Shown here piece after piece: positions 1 to 8,677 of a stretch of DNA of 64,000 bases. The translations under genes were made by a program, and so were the position numbers. The number at the start of each line of letters is the position of its first letter. Within the stretch, counting starts at the first letter, position 1. The notes under the pieces were generated by a model that searched no databases, was not told where the DNA came from, and saw nothing but the letters and a program-made list of their open reading frames with translations. Source of the stretch: Acidobacteriota bacterium (GTDB taxonomy: Bacteria > Acidobacteriota > Vicinamibacteria > Vicinamibacterales > UBA8438); assembly GCA_022562495.1 (NCBI GenBank), contig JADFPE010000001.1, forward strand, positions 48,946 to 112,945. The letters are read 5' to 3'.

Positions 1-40
1 ACCGACCCGACCGGCCCCACCGTCGCGACCATGCTCGTGG

Positions 41-1129
41 CTAGGTGTCACGGTTCCCCTCGGCCCTGAACAGCCCCATCCACCCCAGCTCGGCGAACTC
101 GCTCTGATGGCCGTGGAACATGAAGTCGCCCGGATAGCGGAAGGTGGTCTCGAGAATCGCCCGCTCGCCCTGACACAACATGATGGTGTCGGTCGACTCG
201 GACGAGGTCAGCGACGTGCCGGTTCGAAAGACGTCGAAGAACATCCCGTGCAGGTGCAGGCTGTTGATCAGATCGAACTCCGTCAGGTTGACCACATACA
301 TCCGCACGAGCTGACCGACCTGCACGCGAATCGGCTCCTGCATGTAGAAGCTGGCGACGGTGTTGGCGGCATACACCTCGTTGTCGGCGTCGAAGTTGGT
401 GTCGAACCCGTTCAGCACCATCACCAGCTCGTCGGCCGGCGGTCGCGAGACGTCCGACGGCGGGTCGACGATGAAGGCGCCGTAGAGCCCCTTGTGGATA
501 TGCCGTTTCAGCGGGTTGGCGTGACAGTGATAGAGATGCAGACCGAACGGCTCCGCGTCGAACTCGTACAGAAAGCTCTCCCCGGGCATCACCTGATGCG
601 CTGGGAGCGAGCCGTCCATCCCGGGAGGATGCCAGCCATGAAAATGCAGCGTGTGCGGGTGCGACCCCTGGTTGACGAACGTGATCCGCATATGGTCGCC
701 CACCGTGGCCCGGATCGTCGGGCCCGGCACCTGCCCGTTGTAGGTCCACGCCGGGAAGAACACGCCGGGCGCGATCTCGATCTCCCGGTCGACCGCGAAT
801 ATCTGGTATTCGCGAAGCGTTGTGCCGTCCGACTTCGGAGTCTCGCGATAGAACCGCGCACGCTCCTCGGCCGGCAGATCCGAGAAGTTCCAGGTGCGCA
901 GGAACCGGGTCGGGTCGAAAAATTCGGTGGACACCCGACCCACCGGCCCCATGGCATTGCCGAGGTGGTCCAGCGCGGACGCGGACACCACATCCAGCTG
1001 GCCGGCCGCCGAGCCCTGCGAGGCCAGGGCGACGCCACCCGTCAACGATCCGAGCCCCGCCAAACGGAGCCACGCGCGACGTGACCATGATCGGGTTTGG
1101 GGATCTACTCGATTTCGCATTTGAGTCAT
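41..1129 (-). CDS. Tat-exported multicopper oxidase family protein (two cupredoxin-type domains)
   Basis: 362-aa ORF. N-terminal twin-arginine signal (SRRAWLRLAGLGSLTGG). Copper-ligand-type motifs HTLHFHGWH, HCHANPLKRHIHKGLYG, LHLHG and FHGHQSE. Confidence 0.8.
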   Translation of the reverse strand: MTQMRNRVDPQTRSWSRRAWLRLAGLGSLTGGVALASQGSAAGQLDVVSASALDHLGNAMGPVGRVSTEFFDPTRFLRTWNFSDLPAEERARFYRETPKSDGTTLREYQIFAVDREIEIAPGVFFPAWTYNGQVPGPTIRATVGDHMRITFVNQGSHPHTLHFHGWHPPGMDGSLPAHQVMPGESFLYEFDAEPFGLHLYHCHANPLKRHIHKGLYGAFIVDPPSDVSRPPADELVMVLNGFDTNFDADNEVYAANTVASFYMQEPIRVQVGQLVRMYVVNLTEFDLINSLHLHGMFFDVFRTGTSLTSSESTDTIMLCQGERAILETTFRYPGDFMFHGHQSEFAELGWMGLFRAEGNRDT

Positions 1130-1201
1130 TGACAGTTCCGTTTCGGCAACTCAAAATATAGAATGAGTAGCCTAGAAAAGTCAACCGCGGAGGTGCCACC
1201 A

Positions 1202-1870
1202 ATGCTCCCATCCAGCACCGTCGAGAACTACCTGAAGGCGCTCTATCAGGCCGAGGCGACACGCAACGAGAATGGGCTGGTGCCGATAGGACAGCTGGCG
1301 ACGGCGGTGCGGGTTGCCCCGGGAACGGCGACCACGATGGTCAAGGCGCTCGCCGAGTCGGGGTTGGTTCAGTACGAGCCCTATCTCGGTGTCCGGCTGT
1401 CACCGGCCGGGACCAAACTCGCCGCGCTGGTGCTGCGGCGGCACCGGTTGGTCGAGCAGTTTCTGGTCGAGGTCATGGGGATGAGCTGGGCCGAGGTCCA
1501 CGAAGACGCGGAGCAGCTGGAGCATGTCGTCTCGGACCGGCTGATCGAACGGATGGACGCAATGCTCGGACACCCCTCGGTGGACCCGCACGGCGACCCG
1601 ATTCCCACGGCCGACGGCAATGTGGAGTCGCACGAGTACCACTCGCTGTTGACCTGTCCACTAGGGACCCCGGTGAAGGTGATCCGGGTCGCCGACCAGA
1701 ACGCCAACTTCTTGCGGTTCCTCGAGGAGCACAAGCTCAAACCTGGCGAGTCGATCGAGGTCGAGGCGCGAGACCCGGCCGCCGACAGCGTGCAGCTTCG
1801 CACCGACGACGAGCGCCGGATCACGATCGGCACGAATGCGGCGTCGAAGCTCCTGATCGAGGTGCTGTGA
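1202..1870 (+). CDS. DtxR/MntR/IdeR-family metal-dependent transcriptional regulator with C-terminal FeoA/SH3-like domain
   Basis: N-terminus MLPSSTVENYLKALYQ and the central region RRHRLVEQFL...HEDAEQLEHVVS are typical of the family. Start chosen at ATG 1202 because GGAGGTG (1190-1196) precedes it. The ORF in the track opens at 1163. Confidence 0.85.
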   Translation: MLPSSTVENYLKALYQAEATRNENGLVPIGQLATAVRVAPGTATTMVKALAESGLVQYEPYLGVRLSPAGTKLAALVLRRHRLVEQFLVEVMGMSWAEVHEDAEQLEHVVSDRLIERMDAMLGHPSVDPHGDPIPTADGNVESHEYHSLLTCPLGTPVKVIRVADQNANFLRFLEEHKLKPGESIEVEARDPAADSVQLRTDDERRITIGTNAASKLLIEVL

Positions 1871-1880
1871 GGGGTGAATC

Positions 1881-1925
1881 CAGGAGGCAGGAGGCAGGAG
1901 CAGCTGGTCGGCTTCGCCAGCCTCC
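1881..1925 (+). repeat. Heptamer array plus GGCTTCGCC hairpin unit
   Basis: AGGAGGCAGGAGGCAGGAGCA followed by GCTGGTCGGCTTCGCCAGC (1903-1921). Confidence 0.8.
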
Positions 1926-1948
1926 GATCACGTCCTGAACGCCAATCT

Positions 1949-2109
1949 CAGGGTCCGCGCAAGAATACGTTCCCATGATGGGGCGTTGAGGCGCCCGGCT
2001 GACCAGGCGCGAGGAGGGAGCATACGGGCAGGGTTCGACCGACGAGCAACGCCGCCAGGCGGGATGCATCGGCGGTCGACATCGGGACGTTATTCTTGCG
2101 CGGGCCCTG
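1949..2109. repeat. Conserved structured module, copy A1, closed by 26-nt inverted arms
   Basis: Arm CAGGGTCCGCGCAAGAATACGTTCCC (1949-1974) and arm GGGACGTTATTCTTGCGCGGGCCCTG (2084-2109) enclose a 109-nt core. The core is shared with 29336-29442 and 44227-44352. Confidence 0.8.
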
Positions 2110-2551
2110 AGTCGGCGCCGCCCGCGGCGGTCCGGGCGACCGGCTCGCTGTAGGTCGCGTACGATGAAGGGGTTTCCCAGACCGTCACCCGCACTACAGG
2201 CAGGCCGGACGCCTTCGCCTGGTGGTGAATGAGCTGCGCGATACACTCCACCGTCGGGTTGGCGTCGACCAGGTAGACCGGCTCACCCAGCGCCCGGAGC
2301 GGCTCGACCAGCGGGTCGTCGCGACGGAGGATCATCTTGTGGTCCAGCTCGCGGTCCACCCAGCCCTTCACGACTCGCTTGATGTCGCTGAAATCACACA
2401 CCATGGCGCGCTCGTCGAGCGCCGTGGTGCGAACCTCGATCTCGGCGATGGCGTTGTGGCCATGGGGATGCTTGCAGGCCCCGTCGTAATCGAGCAGCCG
2501 GTGGCCGTAACAGAACTCGATGCGCTTGGTCACTGAGAACATCTCGGTCAT
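2090..2551 (-). CDS. queD: 6-carboxy-5,6,7,8-tetrahydropterin synthase (QueD / PTPS family)
   Basis: FSVTKRIEFCYGHRLLDYDGACKHPHGHN matches the PTPS/QueD zinc and catalytic motif region. ATG 2551 is preceded by GGGAG. The last six codons and the stop lie inside a repeat arm (see findings). Confidence 0.85.
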   Translation of the reverse strand: MTEMFSVTKRIEFCYGHRLLDYDGACKHPHGHNAIAEIEVRTTALDERAMVCDFSDIKRVVKGWVDRELDHKMILRRDDPLVEPLRALGEPVYLVDANPTVECIAQLIHHQAKASGLPVVRVTVWETPSSYATYSEPVARTAAGGADSGPAQE

Positions 2552-2828
2552 CACGCTCCCGCGCTCCGGACCCTCTGTCCCGTCCCGGGCGTGCTGCCCC
2601 AATGCCGCGGGCGGGGCACTCCACCCGAGAGCACCAGGTGACAGAGCTCTGGGACAAGACGGCTAGTAGTCGGTGCTGAACGTCCCGCGTTGCACCGAGA
2701 CTCGCCGTGTTCGATGCCGCACTCGGTCAGCACACGGCACGACAAGGGAGAATACCGGCAGTATGCGACCGAGGAGATGCGATGCGGCGTCTATCGCATG
2801 CAGCGGGACTTTCACCACGGGCTGCTAG

Positions 2829-3557
2829 ATGGTAGTGAAACCCAGGAAAGACGGTCAAGAACGGCCGGTGGCCGTGCTCTGCTCGGGCGGTCTGGACAGC
2901 GCGGTGCTGGTCGCTCATCAGACGCGCCACGCCCGGGTCCACCCCGTGTATGTGCGCGCAGGACTGGCGTGGGAGCCTCAGGAACAGAACGTCCTCGGTC
3001 GGCTGCTGGCGGCGGCGCCGTTCGCGGGCCGTGTCGAGCCGCTGATACGCCTCGATGCGACCGTACGCGATCTATACACCCCGTCCCACTGGGCCGTGCG
3101 GGGCACGCCGCCTGCCTTCGACACGCCCGACTGTGACGTCTATCTGATGGGACGCAATGTCACGCTGCTCGCCAAGGTCGGACTGCTCTGTGCCCAGCGG
3201 CAGATCGGCGTGATCGCGCTGGGGCCACTGGCCGGCAACCCGTTTCCAGATGCCACCCCGGCGTTCTTCGATGCGATGGCCCAAGCGCTGTCACTCGGTC
3301 TGGACCACGACATCCAGATCGTCTCGCCGTTCGGACACTTCACGAAGGCCGAGGTGATCAGACTGGGAGTCGAGCTCGGGGTGCCGTTCGAGCTGACCCT
3401 GTCCTGCATGGGCCCGGCCGACGACCGGCACTGCGGGCGATGCAGCAAGTGCCGTGAGCGGCGTCAGGCATTCGACGCCGCTGGCGTCGTCGACCCTGCG
3501 ACGTATGCGAGCCAGACGGCGACAGGCGACAGGAGACCGGAGGCCGGAGAACGCTGA
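2829..3557 (+). CDS. queC: 7-cyano-7-deazaguanine synthase
   Basis: PP-loop VAVLCSGGLDS and C-terminal zinc-cysteine cluster CGRCSKCRER. Divergent from queD. Confidence 0.9.
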   Translation: MVVKPRKDGQERPVAVLCSGGLDSAVLVAHQTRHARVHPVYVRAGLAWEPQEQNVLGRLLAAAPFAGRVEPLIRLDATVRDLYTPSHWAVRGTPPAFDTPDCDVYLMGRNVTLLAKVGLLCAQRQIGVIALGPLAGNPFPDATPAFFDAMAQALSLGLDHDIQIVSPFGHFTKAEVIRLGVELGVPFELTLSCMGPADDRHCGRCSKCRERRQAFDAAGVVDPATYASQTATGDRRPEAGER

Positions 3558-3643
3558 CGGGGTCACAGCTCCACGAGGGTGCGCCGCGTCCCCGAATGTC
3601 GGTCCCCGGTGTCCGGTCCACGCTATTCTGGAGAGGTCTCACG

Positions 3644-4789
3644 CTATGACCGGACCGGCGCCCCGTCGGCGCCACCGGCCTGACGTGATCGCGCTTGACG
3701 CTCCAGCTCGGCGATCAACGCGTCACGGCGGTGCACCAGCTGTCGTTGCTCGCGTCGCCCGTGCTTGGACCCGACGACATACTCACAGAGGATCGGAAAG
3801 GCGATCGTCGAGTCGCAATAGGCAACCACGGTGTCCGGCAGCATGCCGGGGTTGACCTTGCCCCAGCTGATCGCCTCGGACGGGGTGGCACCCGAGAGCC
3901 CACCCCACACGACGTGGTCGGTCGTGATCTGGATGAAGTACTCGCACCCGCCCTTCGGAATGCCGTACAGCTCCCAGAGTGTCGGCTGTCCCTGCAAATA
4001 GAAGTTCTTGGGCGAGCCCCCACCCAGAATCAGGCACCCGTTCCGTGTGGCGTCCAGGATGATCGCTGCCACCTCGTTCACGTCGCGGTTGGGGTCGATG
4101 GTGCAGCCACCGCCGTGCAGCAACTCGTGGGCCGCGAGGTTCATCCCAATCGAGCTGTCACCCGGCGACGATGTGTAGATCGGCACGCCCGCGGCCGCCG
4201 CGCTCGCGACGACCGAGTGCAGCTCGCACCCGGGGTATCGGGTCATCAGGTCCTGGCCGAGCGCATAGTGGAGCGTGGCCGACGACACCGGTCCGGCGAA
4301 CGCCTGCCGGGTGAGAAAACCGCGCACGTAGGCGTCGGTCTCGAGCAGCACCTGGACCGGAAACAGGATGTCGTAGATCCGGATGACACCGTCCTTGTGC
4401 AGCTCGACGTCGTCGAGAAACGGCGAGCCACGGTGCAAGGTGAAGTTCAAAGCATAGTGCAGGTCGTGGTAGAGGTTGGCGCCGGTGCTGATGATGAAAT
4501 CGACCAGCCCTCGCTCCATCAGCTCGATCACACACCCCCCGAGCCCGGCCGGTGTCAGGGCACCGGCCACGGTGAGCCCAATCGTGGTGTCGTTCGCCGG
4601 GTCCAGCATCCTATCCGCGAAGACATGACATGCCTCGGACAGACGACCGGCGTTGAACGCCTGGAACCCCTCGTCGACCAGTCGCCGCACGTCGGCGCTG
4701 CCGCGCGGCCGGTAGTACCGGATTGGGTCGCCGCTCAGATGTCGAGTCGTGGACGTCGGTCCTGACGGGCCTGGTGTGCGATGGGGCAC
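3644..4789 (-). CDS. Deoxyhypusine synthase-like (homospermidine synthase-like) protein
   Basis: The family-typical segments AGALTPAGLGG, STGANLYHDLH and LGGGSPKNFYLQ are present. Start set at GTG 4789, 6 nt after GGAGG. The track ORF extends to 4957 through an Arg/Ser/Pro-rich segment that I consider noncoding. Confidence 0.75.
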   Translation of the reverse strand: MPHRTPGPSGPTSTTRHLSGDPIRYYRPRGSADVRRLVDEGFQAFNAGRLSEACHVFADRMLDPANDTTIGLTVAGALTPAGLGGCVIELMERGLVDFIISTGANLYHDLHYALNFTLHRGSPFLDDVELHKDGVIRIYDILFPVQVLLETDAYVRGFLTRQAFAGPVSSATLHYALGQDLMTRYPGCELHSVVASAAAAGVPIYTSSPGDSSIGMNLAAHELLHGGGCTIDPNRDVNEVAAIILDATRNGCLILGGGSPKNFYLQGQPTLWELYGIPKGGCEYFIQITTDHVVWGGLSGATPSEAISWGKVNPGMLPDTVVAYCDSTIAFPILCEYVVGSKHGRREQRQLVHRRDALIAELERQARSRQAGGADGAPVRS

Positions 4790-4894
4790 GCGGTGCCTCC
4801 GCGAGCACGAGCGACCACACCGGCTGCTGGAGCTACGAGGCCGACCGGCGCCGTGCGGCGAAAGTGTAGCACGGTCCCTTGACAGGACCGGATA

Positions 4895-6301
4895 ATGAAG
4901 GGGAAGGTACTCGGGACGCGTGTGTCCATCCGGGCGGCTCCCCGACCGCACGATCACGTGTCAGGAGGCGATTTGAGCGCGACCACCCAACCGACCCGCC
5001 GCCGTGAGGAGCTCGACCTCCCGGCTAGTTTCAAGTGGCTCGTCCAATCGCCGCTGCGTTCCGGCCTGGTCCGCTTCCTGCACTCCAGAACCAACGAGGC
5101 GTTTGGCGTCGCGGCATTGATGCAGCGCTTCGGCCGGCTGCAGCAGGATGTCGAGAACTGTCTGCGGGAGCTTGTCGCGTTCGGCGTGGCCAGACGGGCG
5201 CCAGGGACGCGGTCGCGCTACGAGGCGACGCGGCCCGGCGACGTCGCCGTCTGTCGCCTGCTCGATCGGTTCCTGGCGCAACAGGAGGCGGTCAGCAGCG
5301 AGGACCGGTCACCGGCCGTGCAGCGCTTCCGCGAGATGATCGGCACGGACGAAAAGATGGTGATCGTCTTCGAGTGGATCCGGACGGCCGCCAAGTCGGA
5401 CATCGCGGTCCTGATGCTCGGACCGACCGGCTCAGGCAAGGAGGTCGTGGCGCGGATGATCCACGAGCTCAGCCGCCGGGGTGCCGGGCGATTCCAGGCG
5501 GTCAATTGCGCCGCGTTGCCAGACACCCTGTTCGAGTCGGAACTGTTCGGCTACGAGAAGGGGGCGTTCACCGGCGCGCACGAGCGGAAACCGGGCCGGA
5601 TCGAGCTGGCTCACAACGGCACGCTCTTTCTCGACGAGATCGGCGACCTCTCGATCATGGCGCAGGCCAAGCTGCTTCGGGTCCTCGAGGACAAGAAGGT
5701 GGAGCGGCTGGGTGGACGGCATAGCATTGAGGTGAACTTCCGGTTGATCTCGGCCACCAACCGGCCCCTCGACCAGTGGGTGCAGGACGGGCGATTTCGC
5801 GAAGATCTGTACTACCGGGTCAACGCCTTCTCGATCCGGCTGCCGTCGTTGCGCGAACGAGCCTCGGACATCCCGCTTCTCGCGCACCGGCTACTTGTTC
5901 GCTACTGCGACGCGAACGGGCTTGCGGCGGACAGCAAGTCGATTGACCAGGGAGCGCTCGACCTGCTGGGTACCTACCACTGGCCGGGTAATATTCGCGA
6001 GCTCGAGAGCACGATCTCGCGCGCCGCGGTCTCGGCGCCCGGCAACGTGATCCGCGCCGAGGACGTGCAGTTTCTGCATCCGGTGGAACCGGTCGAACGG
6101 TCGCGAACACAACTCTCGTCGCTGCGCGAGGCCGAGCGGGTTCACATCCAGCTCGTCCTGGAGGAGGTCGCCTGGAACAAGAAGCAGGCGGCCAAGATTC
6201 TCGAGATCAGCCGCGGCACCCTCTATCGCAAGATCGGTGAATACCACATGGAACCCCACCAACCCGAGCCGACCGCTGCGGCACAACCCAGCGACCGGTA
6301 G
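4895..6301 (+). CDS. Sigma-54-dependent transcriptional activator (AAA+ domain, no receiver domain, C-terminal Fis-type HTH)
   Basis: Walker A GPTGSGKE, the GAFTGA loop (YEKGAFTGA), and C-terminal AAKILEISRGTLYRKI. The N-terminal roughly 150 aa is not a receiver. The real start may be TTG 4973, which follows AGGAGG at 4963-4968. Confidence 0.85.
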   Translation: MKGKVLGTRVSIRAAPRPHDHVSGGDLSATTQPTRRREELDLPASFKWLVQSPLRSGLVRFLHSRTNEAFGVAALMQRFGRLQQDVENCLRELVAFGVARRAPGTRSRYEATRPGDVAVCRLLDRFLAQQEAVSSEDRSPAVQRFREMIGTDEKMVIVFEWIRTAAKSDIAVLMLGPTGSGKEVVARMIHELSRRGAGRFQAVNCAALPDTLFESELFGYEKGAFTGAHERKPGRIELAHNGTLFLDEIGDLSIMAQAKLLRVLEDKKVERLGGRHSIEVNFRLISATNRPLDQWVQDGRFREDLYYRVNAFSIRLPSLRERASDIPLLAHRLLVRYCDANGLAADSKSIDQGALDLLGTYHWPGNIRELESTISRAAVSAPGNVIRAEDVQFLHPVEPVERSRTQLSSLREAERVHIQLVLEEVAWNKKQAAKILEISRGTLYRKIGEYHMEPHQPEPTAAAQPSDR

Positions 6302-6453
6302 GACGCCTGGTGGTCCATGTCACAAGGTTGGCGACGCACCGAGGGCCGTCGAGATCGACGCCGCGCACGACCCACCCACGACGCGCCGAAGGAGCACACC
6401 GGCAGCCTTCGACCCCGCTGAGCGCGAAGTCCAGCGCGGCGGGCCCTGACCGG

Positions 6454-8352
6454 ATGCCTCGGCGGCCGAATACCGGCGTCCTTGTGACACGGGCCGCTGC
6501 GATGGGGGGCTGGTCGCGGTTCACGCCCCTTGTTGCGATCGCGCTACTTGCCAGTCTCGTCCTCCTAGCGCGTCTGACCACACCGGGGGCGGTGGGCGCC
6601 GGTCTGCTAGCCGCCGGCCTCGCGCTGGGCGCGTGGCGCGTCGTGCGGCAACCCACCCGACTCCAGAGAACCGGTCAGCCCGACTCGGGCGACGCGACGG
6701 ATCGGGCCGGCATCGAAGCGCTGGCCCGGGCGATCGACGCGCGGGATGGCCGCACACCGAACCATGCCACACGGATGCAGGTCTATGCGGCCGGCCTGGC
6801 CCGCGCCGCGGGCCTGCCCACGACCGACATCGAGGGTGTCCGGTTGGCGGCGTTGGTCCACGACGTCGGGAAGCTGGCGGTGCCGGTGCACCTCCTGTCG
6901 CGGCCGGAGCCGCTGACGATCGAGGCGTCGGCCACGATCAGGACCCACCCCGCGGTGGGCGCCGAGCTTGTCCGCGGTCTCGACGACGCGTTCCCTCTGG
7001 CGGCCGTGGTGCGGGGTCACCATGAGCGGTGGGATGGCATGGGGTACCCGGACGGGCTGCTCGGAACCGACATCCCCCTGGGCGCCCGCATCGTGGGTCT
7101 GGTCGAGTGCTACGAGGCCCTGACGACCGCTCGGCCAGATCACGACCCCCTGGAGACGAACGCGGCGCGGACACTGCTCCGTAAGGAAGCGGGTCACGCG
7201 TTCGACCCGGATCTGGTCGCCCGGTTCCTGGAGGTGCTGCCGGCGTTGACGGGGGAACTGGCGGAGCGCGGTGTCAGCGACCGCGCCGACGCGGGAGCGG
7301 CCAGCGACGCCCCCACACCGTCGGACGCCTACGGCCAGATCGCCGAGGCGCATCGAGAGCTCCCTCGTCTCTACGACGTCGCCCGATCGATGGGTACCAG
7401 TCTCGGGCTCGCCGACACGATGACACGGTTCTGCGGCACGCTGCAGCCCCTGGTGCCCTTCTCGTGCTGCGCCCTGTTTCTCAAGGACGACGACGGGGAC
7501 GCCTTGCGGTGCCGTTTTGCGACCGGCACCGGCGCGACCGTGATCAAGAGCCTCAGCCTACGTACTGGACAGGGGCTCGCAGGATGGGTCGCGCAGCATC
7601 GCCGCCCGCTCCTGAACGGCTCGCCTGACGCCGACGCACAGGCGGCCGGTGTCACCGCCGACGAAACGTTCGAGCTGGCGTCCGCGCTGGTCTACCCCGT
7701 GGAGTTCGGCGACCGGCTCATCGGCGCGCTGGCGCTCTATCACGCGCAACCGGGGTTCTACACCCTGGCTCACCAGCGGCTGCTGGAACACGTCGTGGAA
7801 CAGCTCTCGGCGGTCGTGGCCAACTCACTGCTGTTCGACCAGGCCCAGGAAGCCTCGTTGACCGATGTGTTGACCTCACTGCCCAACACCCGATCCTTGT
7901 TCTTGCACCTGACGCGCGAGCTGGCACGGGCGAAGCGGCTCCGAGCACCGTTGGCGCTCGTGCTGCTCGATCTGGACGACTTCAAGCAGATCAACGACCG
8001 CTACGGTCACCACGTGGGCGACCGGACCTTGTGCGACGTGGCCGGTATCCTGCGCGCCGCCATTCGGCCGTATGACATCTGCGCCCGCTACGCCGGCGAC
8101 GAATTCATCTTGATTCTCTCGGAGTGCAGTGCGGAGGAAGCGGAGCGCAAACGCGACGAGCTGGAACAGACTGTGCGCGAACGGGGATTCGAACCGCATC
8201 CGGGCACCCGGCGGCCGCTGAGCATCAGCGCCGGGGTCGCCATGTTCCCCGCCGACGGGCAGTCGTACGAATCGCTGCTCGCCGTCGCCGACCGCCGGAT
8301 GTATCAGGACAAGGCCAGACACAAGCGGCAGGCATCGGGTCTCCGTCTGTAA
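6454..8352 (+). CDS. Membrane-anchored HD-GYP / GAF / GGDEF-domain c-di-GMP signalling protein
   Basis: HD-GYP motifs HDVGKLAVP and HHERWDGMGYPDGL, a central GAF-like region, and a C-terminal GGDEF domain whose signature reads RYAGDEFILIL. Start uncertain (6310, 6454 or 6502). Confidence 0.8.
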   Translation: MPRRPNTGVLVTRAAAMGGWSRFTPLVAIALLASLVLLARLTTPGAVGAGLLAAGLALGAWRVVRQPTRLQRTGQPDSGDATDRAGIEALARAIDARDGRTPNHATRMQVYAAGLARAAGLPTTDIEGVRLAALVHDVGKLAVPVHLLSRPEPLTIEASATIRTHPAVGAELVRGLDDAFPLAAVVRGHHERWDGMGYPDGLLGTDIPLGARIVGLVECYEALTTARPDHDPLETNAARTLLRKEAGHAFDPDLVARFLEVLPALTGELAERGVSDRADAGAASDAPTPSDAYGQIAEAHRELPRLYDVARSMGTSLGLADTMTRFCGTLQPLVPFSCCALFLKDDDGDALRCRFATGTGATVIKSLSLRTGQGLAGWVAQHRRPLLNGSPDADAQAAGVTADETFELASALVYPVEFGDRLIGALALYHAQPGFYTLAHQRLLEHVVEQLSAVVANSLLFDQAQEASLTDVLTSLPNTRSLFLHLTRELARAKRLRAPLALVLLDLDDFKQINDRYGHHVGDRTLCDVAGILRAAIRPYDICARYAGDEFILILSECSAEEAERKRDELEQTVRERGFEPHPGTRRPLSISAGVAMFPADGQSYESLLAVADRRMYQDKARHKRQASGLRL

Positions 8353-8371
8353 ATCGCTACAGGACGAGGGG

Positions 8372-8626
8372 TCAGACCCGGTCGATCGGTGTGTCCGGAT
8401 CGATCCAGTCGGCTCGCCGGCCGGTGAGCCCGGTCACGACGAGCGCGGCGCCCGTGGCCCCGCCGATCAGCCCCAGCCCATCGGTCAGCCAGCTCTCCCA
8501 CCCGTAGTCGCCAACGGCGATCACGGTCGCCGGTACCAGCAGCACGAGACCAGCGACCAGCGCCGGCGTGCGGCGCATCGCCAGCCGCAGCAGCATCCCG
8601 CGCGTGCGCCGCATTCTCGTGTCCAC
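8372..8626 (-). CDS. Small hypothetical membrane protein (two predicted TM helices)
   Basis: 84-aa ORF with two hydrophobic stretches (ALVAGLVLLVPATVIAV and GLGLIGGATGAALVVTGL). No recognisable family. Confidence 0.4.
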   Translation of the reverse strand: MDTRMRRTRGMLLRLAMRRTPALVAGLVLLVPATVIAVGDYGWESWLTDGLGLIGGATGAALVVTGLTGRRADWIDPDTPIDRV

Positions 8627-8677
8627 CGTTCACACTCGAGGCATGGCCCACCGCTGGGGGCACCCGCACCGCCGCGC

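Noticed and set aside
48-1262. Long alternative-frame or antisense ORFs in the supplied track. Examples: 48-1262, 24086-25159, 25453-26625, 26067-27053, 33955-34956, 36829-38490, 42535-43650, 57732-58688.
   Set aside because: They overlap ORFs with clear family signatures. Their products are Arg/Pro/Gly/Ala-rich low-complexity sequence with no motifs. Such ORFs are the expected by-product of stop-codon scarcity in high-GC DNA.
2552-2828. preQ1 riboswitch in the divergent queD/queC promoter region.
   Set aside because: Neither strand shows the small hairpin followed by the A-rich tail and CUA motif typical of preQ1-I. No convincing preQ1-II-like pseudoknot elements were seen either.
4879-4896. 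TTGACA ... GATAAT as a sigma-70 promoter for the sigma-54 activator gene.
   Set aside because: The two hexamers are separated by only 6 nt, so they cannot act as a -35/-10 pair. GATAAT also overlaps the ATG at 4895.
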